Positions 1 to 12,063 of a stretch of DNA of 64,000 nucleotides are shown one piece after another; within the stretch, counting starts at the first letter, position 1; each line of letters starts with the position of its first letter. Made by a program: the position numbers and the translations under genes. The stretch is from Selaginella moellendorffii. Taxonomy: Eukaryota > Plantae > Lycopodiophyta. Where the stretch lies: contig NW_003314285.1 of the NCBI RefSeq assembly GCF_000143415.4, positions 1,561,471 through 1,625,470 on the forward strand. Direction: 5' to 3'. The notes below the pieces were generated by a model. The model was given only the letters and a program-made list of their open reading frames with translations, did no database searches and was not told the DNA's origin.

Positions 1-1937
1 ATGTTGGAAACCACTAAATACGCTGCGCAGTTCCCCGGATCGAGATCAAGCAGCATCTTTGCCGCTCGTTCCCCTCTCACGAGATCCCCCAAAACTTTGG
101 AGGCCGAGAGATAGCTCATCCAAACCACAGCCCCCGGATGGAAGGGCATGAACTCCAGCATCTCCTCCACGGATCCTATCCTCCCGGCTCGCCCGAGGCT
201 ATCGACGAGACAATCGTAGTGATCGCTCAGTGGATGGATCCCAAAATCGTTGCCCATTGACACGAACTTCTCGCGGGCTGTCTTGAGCAGGCCGGAGTGG
301 CTGCAAGCCGCGAGAACGCTGAGGAGCGTGACCGAATTGGGAAGAACACCGTCGAGGATCATGGCGTGGAAGATCTCGAGCGCTTCCTCGCCCCAGCCAT
401 GGTGAGCAAATGCCGACACCATCGCTGTCCAGGAGATCACGTCTCTCCTCGCAGCCATGGAGAAAGCTTGCTTCGCCTCTTTGAGATTTCCACAGCGGCC
501 ATAGAAGCTGACGAGCGCGGAGCCTACGACGCTGGACGATCGATCAAAGCCCATCGCCTTAGCTCGAGAATGGATCTCTCTTCCTCGCTTCCACTCCGAC
601 ACCATTGCGCATGCTTCCAGTGCCGCCGCGATCGCCATCTCGTTGATTCGATGGCCTTCTTTCTCCTCCACGGAGAGCTCGTCAAACAGATCGATGGATT
701 CTCTGGGAAAACCGTGCTGGGCATACGCTTGGATCATTGTCGACCACGACACATCCGTCCTCTTGCTCCTCTCGATCGAATCGAAAACCTCTCTCGCGCG
801 ATCCAGATCGCCACTCTCGCTATACAGCCTCACGATCGCGGTGGCCACCACAACGTGGTGCTGGAAACCTCGCTCAAAAACGAGCTCGATCACTTCCCGG
901 CCCCAATCGAGGTCTCTCTCTCTCGCACACGCGTCAAGAACACTAATGCAAGTGATCTCATCCGGCGCGATGCCCTCGAGATCCATCTCGCCAAACAGCC
1001 GGATGCTGGATCGTCCATGCCCCCAATGGGCATTTGCAGTGATCATCGCGGTCCACGACACCACAGTCCCAGGAAGAAACTTTTGGAACAACCGCAAGGC
1101 TTGATCGAATCTACCGCACTTCGCGTACATGTTTACAAGGCTGTTGGCGATCGTCTCCTCGGATTCTAACCCCGACTCGATGATCCTGAAGTGGATCTCT
1201 CGCCCCAGGTTGCTGGATTGCTCGGTCTCGATCGAGCAAGCGTCCAGCGCTGCGAGGAAAGTCACCCTGTTGGGCTTGACGCCCTCGGGATCCATCGCGC
1301 AAAACATCCCAAGCGCCTCCTTGGAATGCCCATTCTGGGCATATGCAGTGATGATCGAGTTCCACGAGATCACGCTCTTGTTTTCGATCCGATCGAATGC
1401 CTGCCGCGCGTGGATCACGCTCCGGCACCGCCCATACATGCCCACGATCGCATTCCCCACGATCGTCTGGGCCGCAAACTCGGTGGCGGCGATCCGGGCG
1501 TGGAGGGCCTTGGCGCGCGAGAGATCCCCCAGCTCGGAGCACGCGCCCGCGAGCGTCACAAACGTCACGTTGGACGCCTCGATCGAGTGGCGATCCATCT
1601 CCTGGAATAGATCCAGCGCCTGCGCGCCGCGCCGGTTGTGGACGAGCGCGCCCAGCATGATGTTCCAGGAGAAGAGGTTCTTGCGCTGGATGCCATGGAA
1701 CGCGAGGAGCGCGTCATCCACGCTGCCGCATTTGCCATACATCTCCACCAAGAGGTTCCCAAGATACCTCTCGCCGCCATAGCCACAGCTGTGAGCTTTG
1801 ATCTGTGCGTGGATCCGGCGCCCCTCGTCGAGATCCCCGGCGGCAGCGCAGCGGCGGATGAGATTCGCGAAGCCCTCGTTGTCGATTCGCGGCGATCCAA
1901 TCTTGTCCAAGGCCAAGCTAGAAGATCTTCTGTGCAT
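1..1937 (-). CDS. PLS-class PPR protein with E domain, intronless; 3' end runs off the window
   Basis: Manual minus-strand translation from ATG 1937 gives MHRRSS...DLDEGRRIHAQI...YLGNLLVEMYGKCGSVDDA. The window edge reads in the same frame as the E-domain end (...AAYLVVSN). Probably missing from the ORF track because its stop lies outside the window. Confidence 0.9.
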   Translation of the reverse strand, partial: MHRRSSSLALDKIGSPRIDNEGFANLIRRCAAAGDLDEGRRIHAQIKAHSCGYGGERYLGNLLVEMYGKCGSVDDALLAFHGIQRKNLFSWNIMLGALVHNRRGAQALDLFQEMDRHSIEASNVTFVTLAGACSELGDLSRAKALHARIAATEFAAQTIVGNAIVGMYGRCRSVIHARQAFDRIENKSVISWNSIITAYAQNGHSKEALGMFCAMDPEGVKPNRVTFLAALDACSIETEQSSNLGREIHFRIIESGLESEETIANSLVNMYAKCGRFDQALRLFQKFLPGTVVSWTAMITANAHWGHGRSSIRLFGEMDLEGIAPDEITCISVLDACARERDLDWGREVIELVFERGFQHHVVVATAIVRLYSESGDLDRAREVFDSIERSKRTDVSWSTMIQAYAQHGFPRESIDLFDELSVEEKEGHRINEMAIAAALEACAMVSEWKRGREIHSRAKAMGFDRSSSVVGSALVSFYGRCGNLKEAKQAFSMAARRDVISWTAMVSAFAHHGWGEEALEIFHAMILDGVLPNSVTLLSVLAACSHSGLLKTAREKFVSMGNDFGIHPLSDHYDCLVDSLGRAGRIGSVEEMLEFMPFHPGAVVWMSYLSASKVLGDLVRGERAAKMLLDLDPGNCAAYLVVSN

Positions 1938-2111
1938 CAAACGCGTTTTATCTTCTTTAGATATTATGGTGGGTGGTGGTCAATCCAAAAATCCATACTA
2001 TCTCCTACTAAGATAGAATTAAAGTAGCGTCTCCTTCTCCCTCCTTCTAGTGACTTGCAAAGCTATCCACAAATCTCCATAGCTTGTAGCTATGGTGTTC
2101 TTGCTGCTTAC

Positions 2112-4158
2112 TTACAAGCCCAATCTTCTCTTTCGTAGTCTCTCGGCGATGATGAAGGCCAGCTCCAGAGACTGCGAGGCGTTGAGCCGGGGGTCGCAGT
2201 GAGTGTGGTAGCGATCGGACAGGTTCTCCAGCAGCACAGATTTGCTCCCACCGATGCACTCGGTGACGTTCTGCCCGGTCATCTCCAGGTGCACGCCGCC
2301 GGGATGGCTTCCTTCCTGGTCGTGAACGTCGAAGAAAGCTTTCAGCTCGGCCTGGATGGACAAGAACAAAACGTTTTTAGTCCTCTGGAAACATTGCTTG
2401 GAGCTGCGATCCATGTCAAGAGACTTACCCGGATCGAGTCGAAAGGACGGGTTTTCAATCCGCTCGGAGTTTTGATGGTGTTCCCGTGCATGGGATCGCT
2501 CACCCAAGTCACGATCTGGCCGGCCGTGCGAACAGCGCGAATGAGGTGCGGAAGTTTCATCCTCAGCTTCTCGGCTCCCATGCGGACAACGACAGTCAGC
2601 CTGCCGGGCTTGTTTTGAGGATTCAGGATGTCGATGAGCTTGACCAGCTCGTTGGGGTCCATCTTGTCACTTACCTGCGAGTCAAAGAAGTCAGGTATTG
2701 GATATAAGGAAGAGATAGATAACGCGTACCTTGACACCAATGGGATTTGCTACTCCTCGGAGGAACTCAATGTGTGCTCCGTCGAGTTGTCGCGTGCGCT
2801 CTCCAATCCACAACATATGCGCCGAGCAGTCGTACCAGAGGCCGCTCGTCGAGTCCTGGCGAGTCAAGGCTTCCTCGTATGGTAGCAGTAAGCACTCGTG
2901 AGAGGTCCAAAACTCAGTCGACGTCATGATCGGGTGATCGATCGTAAGCCCGCAAGCTGACATGAATCCCAAAGCCTCGTCGACACGATTCGCAAGCTCC
3001 TTGTATCTGTTACATGCAGAAAGCACTCGTTCAACTTGTGCTGGAATTGACGAGAAAAAATCAAACAGGACGACTTTTAAAGTCTACGAAACGGCAAGAG
3101 ACTGCCGAGTGAGTCCAAGCTTCGCGACTGGACGTTCCAGCCACCTGCAACACGGATCTTCACTTTTTCGACCCCTCACAATAAATTTACAATCAAGCCA
3201 GACAAAAACAAAAGCCTGAGAACTGGAAATGACCACGAAAGCAAGCAAACGAGCACTCGACAAATCAACCACAGGTAAAAAGTCCAAAATGCACGCAAGG
3301 ATGTTTTCCCGTACCTTCCACCCTGTTCACTGTCGGAGGTGAAATCGAGGTTCCACTGAGTGACTCTTTGCATGGCGGCATAACCTCCCGTGGCAAAAGA
3401 TCGCAGCAAGTTGAGAGTAGCAGCAGCTTGGCAGTAGGCTCGAGTCATCCTCTCCGGATTGGGGGTCCTCGACTTCGTATCAAACGCGTCACCGTTGATG
3501 TTGTCTCCACGGTAGCATGGGAGCCGGATACCATCTTTCTCTTCAAAGTCGCTAGATCGCGGCTTTGCGAACTGGCCGGCCATTCTTCCCACCTGAAATG
3601 AAAGTCCTTTCAGAGATCTATCTTCCAGGAAGAGGAAACTCTGGAGCAACGTACCTTGATAACAGGCATTTGTCCACCAAACATAAGAACGGCTCCCATC
3701 TGGAGGATCACCCGGAAAGTATCCCTGATGTTGTTGGCATTGAATTCCTTGAAGCTCTCAGCGCAGTCACCGCCCTGGAGCAAGAACGCTCTTCCAAGAG
3801 CCGCCTCACCGAGCTTCTCCTCGAGGGACCTCGCCTCTCCAGCAAAGACCAGGGGTGGGAAATTCTCGAGCGTCTTGATCACCACCTCCAGCTCCTCCTG
3901 GCTGGGATAAGTCGGCAGCTGCAAGGCCTTCTTGGACTTCCAGCTATCCTTGCTCCACCCCTTGGGGATCGGGGCTGCCACCGTCGGCGCCTCGGTAATC
4001 GGCTCCACGGCGTGCACAGCCTGGATTTTCAATCCAGCTCGCCTAGATCTGCCGCCATAGCTGATGCCAGAGGACGATCCAACCAGGAGCTGCGTCTTCT
4101 TGTTCTCCAATTGCGGGAGAACGGCGGATGGGAGAACGGCCTTGGAGATAATCGCCAT
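2112..4158 (-). CDS. DHS: Class II DAHP synthase (phospho-2-dehydro-3-deoxyheptonate aldolase), plastid-targeted; exons 4158-3655, 3592-3315, 3006-2730, 2674-2429, 2351-2112
   Basis: Motifs [68 protein letters not shown] and CDPRLN join across GT-AG introns. The N-terminus is transit-peptide-like. A probable 5'UTR intron lies at ~4162-4279. Confidence 0.96.
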
Positions 4159-4906
4159 GCCTGCACAGAATCCCAAACTTTTCAGGACCGCCTCGAGCTA
4201 GAGAATCAATGCAGGATCCAGCGCCAAAGCTGAGATCGATCGAATCGAAATGTGTGCCAGAATGTGCGCAGTCACTCACCGGTCGATTGATCGCTTGCTC
4301 GCGCCTGTGAATCTGCCTCGCGCTTCCCTAGCTATCTCTTCTTCTAGCGATCGTTCTCCCAAGCCCTATCTACCGCTCCGCCCCAGTGATGGAGCGATGG
4401 GAAATATTTATAGGGTTCTTGGAATTCCCAGTCGTCACAGCAAGGGCATGTATAACGTGGACGCCATGGCCCATTTCGTCTGCTCTCTCTTGCGCAGTCT
4501 TTCAGGGCCAAAGGCGACGGCTCCGTTTCGTTGACGGAGACCTCCCGACGGAGTTCCGTTTGCGTGACCGACTCTGTACGGTCAGCTTTAGTTTGCTGGT
4601 TTTACCGGCGCGTCAGAGGAGAATTTTTAAATTGTGCGCACGTTTTTCATGACGTAAGTGGCAGAGACCCTCGTTTGATCCGTTTATACCGTGATTATCT
4701 TGGGTTTTGATTCACAGGTCATCGTCACCAACCTGTCCTTGTGATGTAATATAAAAGAGTTTACAAAGAGACGTCCGTCCGTACGGCACCACTGGAATGG
4801 TAGGTGAGTTGTTGCGCTAGAGGATCTTCGAATATGGCCAGAATCTTTTAGCATCCAGCCAGCTCTGTTTGCGTACGAATTTGCCTTTTTCATTGCCATT
4901 AGAAAA

Positions 4907-6892
4907 ATGGTGGCGTTTGCGTTTGATTCCAAGCATTGCAAACAAATGTGGAATTACAGCACTGAGGCCGCCGCCCAGTTGATTCGATCATGCGAAACTA
5001 TCACAATGGCCAGGAAACTGCACGCGTGGCTTCGTGACACGTGTCATGAATCCGACGGCCCCTACATCTGGAACCTGGTCGTGCAGATGTACGGCTCTTG
5101 TGGCGGCTCCGTCGATGCCAGGATCGCGTTTGATGGCATCCGGCACAAGAACATCTTTTCGTGGGTGATGATGCTCACAGCATATGCCCGGAATGGGCAT
5201 TTGCGGGAATCGAAAGGAATCTTTGATGCGATGCCAGCATGGAATTTTGTAGCATTTACAACAATGCTCTCTGCTTTTGCCAGAAACGGGAATCTAGACG
5301 ACGCCCAGCGCTTGTTTGATTCTTTAGAGGACACCAATCTTGTAGTGTGGAATGTGATTCTCACAGCACATTGCCGTGACGGGAATCTGGAGGATGCAGT
5401 GGGGATATTCCGACGAATGCCGGCGCTAGATATTCTGTCGTGGACGTCGTTGCTAGCGGCATTTGCCCAGAGAGGGCAATCGCAGGAGTGTCACCGTTTG
5501 TTTCACTCGATGCCCGAGTGGGATCTTGTCGCTTGGACGGCTGTAGTTAGTGCTTGCTCTAATGTCAATGAGTCTAAAAGAATGCTTAATAGCATGCCAG
5601 TCACAAATCTTTCCTCTTTAAATGCAATGCTCGCAGCATATGCTTTACATGGGAATATAGAGCAGGCAAAGAATCTCTTCGACAAAATGCCCGAACATAA
5701 CGCTCTCTCTTGGAATATCGTACTAGCCATGTATGCGCAGCATGGGTATCTTAGCAAATCAAAGCAAGTTTTTGATGAGCTAAAAGATGCTGACCTGATC
5801 TCGTTCAATACCATGCTCTTGGCATATACCCAAGCAGGGGATATTCACAAGGCAAAGAAGTTTTACGACTCAATGCAGTATCACAGCATGGTATCCGTGA
5901 ACACTTTGCTTTCCGCATATGCCCAACGTGGTTTCATAGAGGAGGCTCAAGTTGTGTTTGATTCGGCGCCTGAAAAAAGTTGTGTGTCATGGAACTCTAT
6001 TTTGCTAGCATATGCCCTGGCTGGGCAGCACGAAAGAGTCGCACGAATCTTCGAATCAATGCCAGAAACCAACATTGTCTTGTGTAATGTTTTCCTTGCG
6101 GCTTATGCACGCGTCGGAAAAATCGAAAAATGTCGCCACGTTTTCGATGGAATGAACTACACGAATCTATTCGCGTGGAACACACTGCTCGCAGCATATA
6201 CCCAACTCGGGCACAGCGATGAATCTAAGCAAATGTTTGATGCCATGCCGGAGCACAACCTGGTATCACTAAATGCCTTCCTTTTGGGCCGGTCTGTGTG
6301 GGAGACACAAAGAATGTTCTCCTGGATGCCACAGAGAGACATGGTGACGTGGAACACCATGCTGCAGGCATATACCCAGCACGGGCATATGCGGCCGGCC
6401 CGGAAATTATTCTCCGTGATGCCCGACCGGAATCTCGTCTCGTGGAACGCCATGCTGGCCGGATATTCCCAGAACAAGCTCTTGCGCGAGATTAAAAACG
6501 TCTTCCACGCCATGGTGATGAGCGACATTTTCCCGAACGAGATCTCCATGCTGTCCATGATTTGTGCTACGAGCCACTCGGGCGAGGTGAGCTCCGGCCT
6601 GGGATGCTTCCGCTTGATGATCGTGGATTTTGGGCTGGAACCATCCAAGCGGCACTTTTGCTGCGTTGTTGATATGCTTGGACGAGCTGGACACTTGGAA
6701 GGCGCTCACAGTCTCGTCCAATCCATGCCTTTTGCTCCCGATTCTTTCGAGTGGACGAGCCTGCTTGGAGCTCACCACAGCTCCACCACTCGAGAAAGGA
6801 TTACTGCCCAGGAAGTTCTCGATTTGGAGCAACTGGATGGAGCTGGCTATGTGTTGCTCGCAAACACTGGTCTTAACGCAGGAGCTCATTGA
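4907..6892 (+). CDS. PLS/SS-type PPR protein with E domain, no DYW
   Basis: 661-aa ORF of ~31-aa repeats (SWN.ML.AYAQ.G...A...FD.MP), followed by HFCCVVDMLGRAG...WTSLLGA...GYVLLAN. The true ATG may be 4946. Confidence 0.93.
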   Translation: MVAFAFDSKHCKQMWNYSTEAAAQLIRSCETITMARKLHAWLRDTCHESDGPYIWNLVVQMYGSCGGSVDARIAFDGIRHKNIFSWVMMLTAYARNGHLRESKGIFDAMPAWNFVAFTTMLSAFARNGNLDDAQRLFDSLEDTNLVVWNVILTAHCRDGNLEDAVGIFRRMPALDILSWTSLLAAFAQRGQSQECHRLFHSMPEWDLVAWTAVVSACSNVNESKRMLNSMPVTNLSSLNAMLAAYALHGNIEQAKNLFDKMPEHNALSWNIVLAMYAQHGYLSKSKQVFDELKDADLISFNTMLLAYTQAGDIHKAKKFYDSMQYHSMVSVNTLLSAYAQRGFIEEAQVVFDSAPEKSCVSWNSILLAYALAGQHERVARIFESMPETNIVLCNVFLAAYARVGKIEKCRHVFDGMNYTNLFAWNTLLAAYTQLGHSDESKQMFDAMPEHNLVSLNAFLLGRSVWETQRMFSWMPQRDMVTWNTMLQAYTQHGHMRPARKLFSVMPDRNLVSWNAMLAGYSQNKLLREIKNVFHAMVMSDIFPNEISMLSMICATSHSGEVSSGLGCFRLMIVDFGLEPSKRHFCCVVDMLGRAGHLEGAHSLVQSMPFAPDSFEWTSLLGAHHSSTTRERITAQEVLDLEQLDGAGYVLLANTGLNAGAH

Positions 6893-7154
6893 CAGTAGGA
6901 ATCTTTTTTTTGTCTGCTTGAACAAAAAAACGATACGAATTAATAGGAAAGAACAAATAAAACAATAGATAGAACCGTCTTTCTCTCGGCTTATTGTGAT
7001 CATCATCATCATCTCGTCATCATCATCGACTGCACCTCAACTTTCTTCTACGTTGCCTAAACCGCATGATGATACACATCCGTCTCTGCTCGCCTGAGAC
7101 ATTTTTATCTTAGAGCGAAGGAAAAAAAATTCAAAATGGAGTAGCATACCTCTC

Positions 7155-9698
7155 TCAATTTATGGACGCGGGCTCGCGAGTAGTTGTATCTACATCACTC
7201 CCTCCCGATTCAGGCGAAGGCGAACCGTTTTCGATCGTAGCTTCCACTGGTTCATCTTTAGCTGAAGGTGCTGGCTTGGTCTCGCTAGTCGGTGGCGTCA
7301 CGGGAACATAGCGTCCTTCAATAAAACCTTTGTCGTTGAGCCCACTAACAAACCGGTACGTCACCTGAAGAGCAAAAAAGTCATATCAGAAAAAAAAGAA
7401 AAAAAGAAAATAGAAGAGGAAAACAAATCCACTAGCATGCCTCGCTGACTGCCGACTCGTCTGGAAAACTCTTGCTAACTTGTCTTAAGACTCTTGGACG
7501 ACGATGACGCAACTTGTTCATCCTGTCCACTCTAAAACCGAAAAATGCAGCCGTGAACTCTCATGCAACTCTTTTACCGCTCGTTTTAAGACTTGGTTTT
7601 AAGTTACGTTGCATGTAGCTCGGAAGAAGGCTTACCTCGCGAGTGCCAACCTTGGAAGTTTCAGATAAAGCCGCAGTCATAGCCGAGAGTTTTCCTTGCA
7701 GTAGCTTGCCCTTCAAATCCTCTTGGACCATTGGAGTGAATTGCTTGTCGAGTGATCGAGCAGCACCCAGCCAGGCTAACACAATAACCAAGAGGATGGC
7801 GCCAAGGTACGGAGTTGAACTGGAAAGGGACCCGAACGACAAAATCAGAACCTGCTGAATGAGAGCACCTCCTGATTTTCCCAATGGATTGCATACAACG
7901 TCAATAGCGGCCTTTCCTTTCACCTGAAGTACAACAAACAAAAATAAACGACAGAGCAGCATACATCCATAGATTTACCTTTGTATCTTCGTCCAACGGA
8001 ATGTAAGCCATTTCCTTGCAAGGGTCGAACAAGCTGTACTTGGCACTTTTACTGAATATGTTTTGCAAAGCTCCAACGTAAACAGCTGCCATCAGTGGAG
8101 TCAACCCAATACCTCCGAGGAATGGAGTTAGTGGATCGCTGAAGAGCACCAGCGAGAAGAATGCCACTCCAGTTACAAGAAGAACACTCGGTGTAATGGC
8201 AGCTGCAACTCCCCATCCATATTTGCGGAAAATTACCCTGCTCAGCAACATCATACTGAATGTGACAACTCCAGTCCACGTCGAAAAGTCTCCCATGAAC
8301 GACGAGTAGTCGTTGGGACTTGGAAACTGCGTTATCAAACACAGGCGTTGTTGCAGCCAGCATCACCGAAAGAAGACTATCGTTACCTGAGCTTTGAGCT
8401 TCGACTTCCATGTAACTTCGACGAGGTTAATACTGATTCCATAAGCAACCACCAGGGTTGCAAGGTCCCGGATGTATCTCGAGTTCAACAAAAACTTCGC
8501 ACTCTCGCCCATGCTCATCTTAGGCTTGCTCTTCTGGAGATGCTCAAAAGAGTTAGTAAATGGTTTTAAGAAAAACTTAAAAGATGGCTGACCTTTTTCT
8601 TCTTCTCAATCTTGGGAAGGTTGGGATCGTTGACAACAAAAGCATTAACCCACCAATATATGCCACAGATGGCAAAACCAAGTATTACAACAATGCTCAT
8701 CATTCCTTTCAGAGACATTCCCCAGCCATCAACGCCAGGTCCCAGCCGTCCTCTTAATTCGGAGAAGTACTTAACAGTCCGTCCCGAGAAAACAAGCGCT
8801 ACGTTGGCTCCCAAGCCAAACAAGGGATAGAACTGCTTTGCTTCATCCACAGTGGTGATCTGAAAGAGAAGACACAAGTTTAAGCACAAACAACACAACG
8901 TAAGCAAGTAAGTACCTGGTTCGCAAATCCCCAGAAGAGAACCGATACGACGACACTCCCCCATAACTCGGCCATGACGTAGAACAGCACAAACGTCCAG
9001 TTGCGAAAGATGGCAATCGGGCCCAGGAACCGGGGGCCGAGAACCGAGAGAAGATGGTCCGCTAGAGCAGTCGGGTGGAGGATGTCACGCAAAGGATATA
9101 GCAAGAACGCAAAGCTCCCGAAAAACCCAATGAAGGGGAGAATGCAAGCGTAGAAGAGAGCCTCCCTGGACAGTACGTTGGAAAGCTTGGTGTAGATGAC
9201 CATGAAGCCGATAGCCATGGGGAGATTCACCCAAGTCTTGAGGAAAGGAATAATCTCAGCACTGCTTCCTTTGGCCGTCACCACCAAAACGTCCTTGGTG
9301 TCTCGCAGGATCGTGTAGTTGAAGAGAATACAGAAGAACATGAGACCCAGAGGTATCACCTTCTTGAGCGTCACAGTGTCGACCCCAAAGAACTTCTTCT
9401 TGGCTGGAATTCCATCGCCGAGAGGCGAAGAAACGCCCACCGATGCCGCCTCGGCACGCACGACCGGACGAATCCTCCTCCGGACTCCAGATTTCTCGAT
9501 GGGAGCGAGCCTTTCTGCTACGAACGTGCTGTGGAGCAAAGATTTGCCGCTCGACGACGACGAGATTGCTGCCCCGGCCGGATTGAAAGAACACCGGACT
9601 GTGGCGGATTTCGATGGAGCGACCTTGTTCCTGGAGCAATCCAGCACAGAGCCGCCCCATGGCGCCGATGTCGCCGCCATGCCACTGCTGGCCAGCAT
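7155..9698 (-). CDS. NTT: Plastidic ATP/ADP transporter (TLC/NTT family), multi-exon; 3' exon structure uncertain
   Basis: Motifs LGLMFFCILFNYTILRDTKD, AELWGSVVVSVLFWGFANQ/ITTVDEAKQFYPLFG, KYSLFDPCKEMAYIPLD and KGKAAIDVVCNPLGKSGG. Exons are ~9698-8916, 8859-8593, ~8534-8387, ~8328-7979, ~7924-7636, then 7364-7155 and/or ~7522-7475. The N-terminus is a Ser-rich transit peptide. Confidence 0.94.
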
Positions 9699-10594
9699 TG
9701 CGGAGTGTCGAGATTTCGGCCTGGATCGAGAAACCAAGAACAATCCGGGGTCAGATTCGAGCCATGCAATTCCAATGCATCCCAGCAACAACCATTCCAA
9801 GGGAGAAACAATCCATCCAAGAAGAAGACAAGCGCCAGTGCCATCGCGCATTACCTCGAGACAATCCTCCGGGGAATCGGAATTTCTACGTCCTCGCACA
9901 CGCCGCCAAGGCGCCGAGCGCTCCTCCGCCTCTCATGAATCAATCCACTGGACAGAGAAAACTGGCATAACCTAATGCAACCCTTTCTCCACAGGCAAAA
10001 TAAAAAAAAATCTTTTTTCCCCTTGTTTCTACCACGAGCTAGGCATTTACCTTTAAGTTACTGTGTGTAGCATGCATTCACGGGTTGTTAGAAGCTCTTC
10101 TCTCGGCCATAGCCTCGCAAGGATGGAGGGGAATATTACTCTCCTTATTTGTCACTCTCTTGCTCACTGAGTGATGGACGAAAATAATGCAATGGTGGGG
10201 AGATTGGCCACTGTAGTGAATTTTTTTTTATTGGACTGACTATATTGGGCTTGAAACCTTTGGTGAAATTTCACATTGTTATGCCACTGTACAAATTGAG
10301 AGGGTGATAGTTTTGGCAAGGGTTTGTAAACAATATCCTTATTCCATGGGTTTTGGATGCGTTCTCTTAACACATGTCTATCTCGCAGATGCGTCCACGT
10401 ATGTGAGATCGACCTTTTCCCGTGATATTTCTTTGGCCCCGCGGGGGAATATGCCCGCAAAGTGGACAGATATTTAATTGCGAGCATGGAAAGCATGGGG
10501 AGGGAGAATATGCTACCATTCGCGGGGGGAAGTCAAATCGTTTTAGTTAGCTCGTTGACCGGATCAACGCCGGACAACTTTTATCCCTTTTAAA

Positions 10595-11068
10595 TCAAGG
10601 GGACGGATACGTACAATTCCCGAAACCTGAAATACAAAGATTTCCCAATCGGTTTTAATAGAATTTCGTTTTCAATCACTTACTTGGATCTGCGGTGGTG
10701 AGGATTCCGATCCCAGAGAAATTACAGTTCCACGAGTTCTTGCCATATCCCTGGTAGTACAGGTTCATCGCAAAGGATGAGTGAGAGTGGAGATTGACTG
10801 GCGAGTAGCAGCCATTGCCCGGCTGGATTTGGAGGCAATTGACCAAGGGCTGACCACATGCGTAATCCAAGGCCTTTTGAAGAGCCTCCTCCGGAGAGTC
10901 AGGCTTGGCAATACACCAAGTTCTCTCGTCCAATGCCCCAGCTAAAAACACATAGCCACAAGGACACAAAATGTTAAGCCATGATGCTTTCGCTTGTGAC
11001 AAACAACCTAAGAAGGTAAGAATTGCGAACAAAAGTATGAGAAGAACTTGCCCCTTGTTTGCCTCCAT
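10595..11068 (-). CDS. Small secreted X8/CBM43 (beta-1,3-glucan-binding) domain protein, 3 exons
   Basis: Signal-peptide exon, then WCIAKP...LQKALDYACG...C..IQPGNGCY.P..L.SHSSFAMNLYYQ...CNFSG.G.LT..DPS. A GT-AG intron at ~10684-10628 leads to FGNCTYPSP and stop. Confidence 0.88.
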
Positions 11069-12063
11069 TTTCCTAAGAATGTGTTGCTAAATGCATTGTA
11101 GCTTTAGTTGAGAAAAGGTCTTCTCTTATCCAGCATGCTCCAAGCACGCGGAGCTACAGTTCGGAGGGTCAAACGGTCAACTCTGAAGGTTCAATTGTTT
11201 TCTTTTGTATGGGTTCTTTAGAAAGTGGTAACCACCAGCAAAGTTGACAGTCATTGCGCAAGCATGACAGAAGTGGGAATGAGTAAAATTTTGTACCAAT
11301 TAGACTTAATTGTCCTACCTCATTTCAAACAGAATCATAATTTTGAAAACATTTGCAAAACATATACTTGCTAACTATCTAATTGGTAATTATCACTTTC
11401 TAATTACTTTTTATTAATTTTAATAAATACAAAGTAATTCTTAAAAAATTTAAATACTGAATATACAGAGGGAGTGAGGAGTGAGGGTAGACATGTAAGA
11501 GAGGGAGGTGTTAGATTATGCATTTGTCCCCTCTCATGATCAATAATGAGAAAATCCTTTTCTGCAAAAATAAAATAATGATATGGACTGGTGAATTGAA
11601 ATTGTAGAATTACTTAGAATATAAATGAGATTAATATTGTGTTTATAAATTATACATACTTTTATTTTTAATAAATTTTTTTACATATTAATCATGGTTT
11701 TAATAGCATCGGAAAATTTCTCTAAGATAATAAATAATTGATAATTTGAAAGTGTATCATTTTATTTGCATGATAATATTTCAATAAAAATGTTTATTTT
11801 AATAAAAATTTGTTATGATGTTCTTTCTATAAAAAAAACGAGAACGTCACACCCTAAATGAAAGGGGGTGTTGAATTGTGCATTCTACCCGTTGAGTGTC
11901 GTGAACTCCCACAGCAGGTTTAACAAGTGCTACCTGGCTCTACGATCTGGATCAACTTGGTCGTTCAGGCAAAGGTAGCAGGCAGAGCTAAGCTAAAGAG
12001 GGGGCAAAAACATGAAATAAAATTGATCACTGAACCCTTGCAGCCGAAAAGATGACTTTTATG

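Noticed and set aside
297-1782. Long + strand ORFs (290, 217 and 153 aa)
   Set aside because: Antisense shadows of the GC-rich minus-strand PPR gene. The same applies to shadow ORFs over the DHS, NTT, P450 and other PPR genes.
4907-6892. ~93-bp periodicity that could suggest a CRISPR-like or satellite array
   Set aside because: Explained by 31-aa PPR coding repeats. There are no identical repeats with unique spacers.
11280-11880. AT-rich tract that might be a MITE or Helitron
   Set aside because: No convincing terminal inverted repeats, TSD or CTRR end found.
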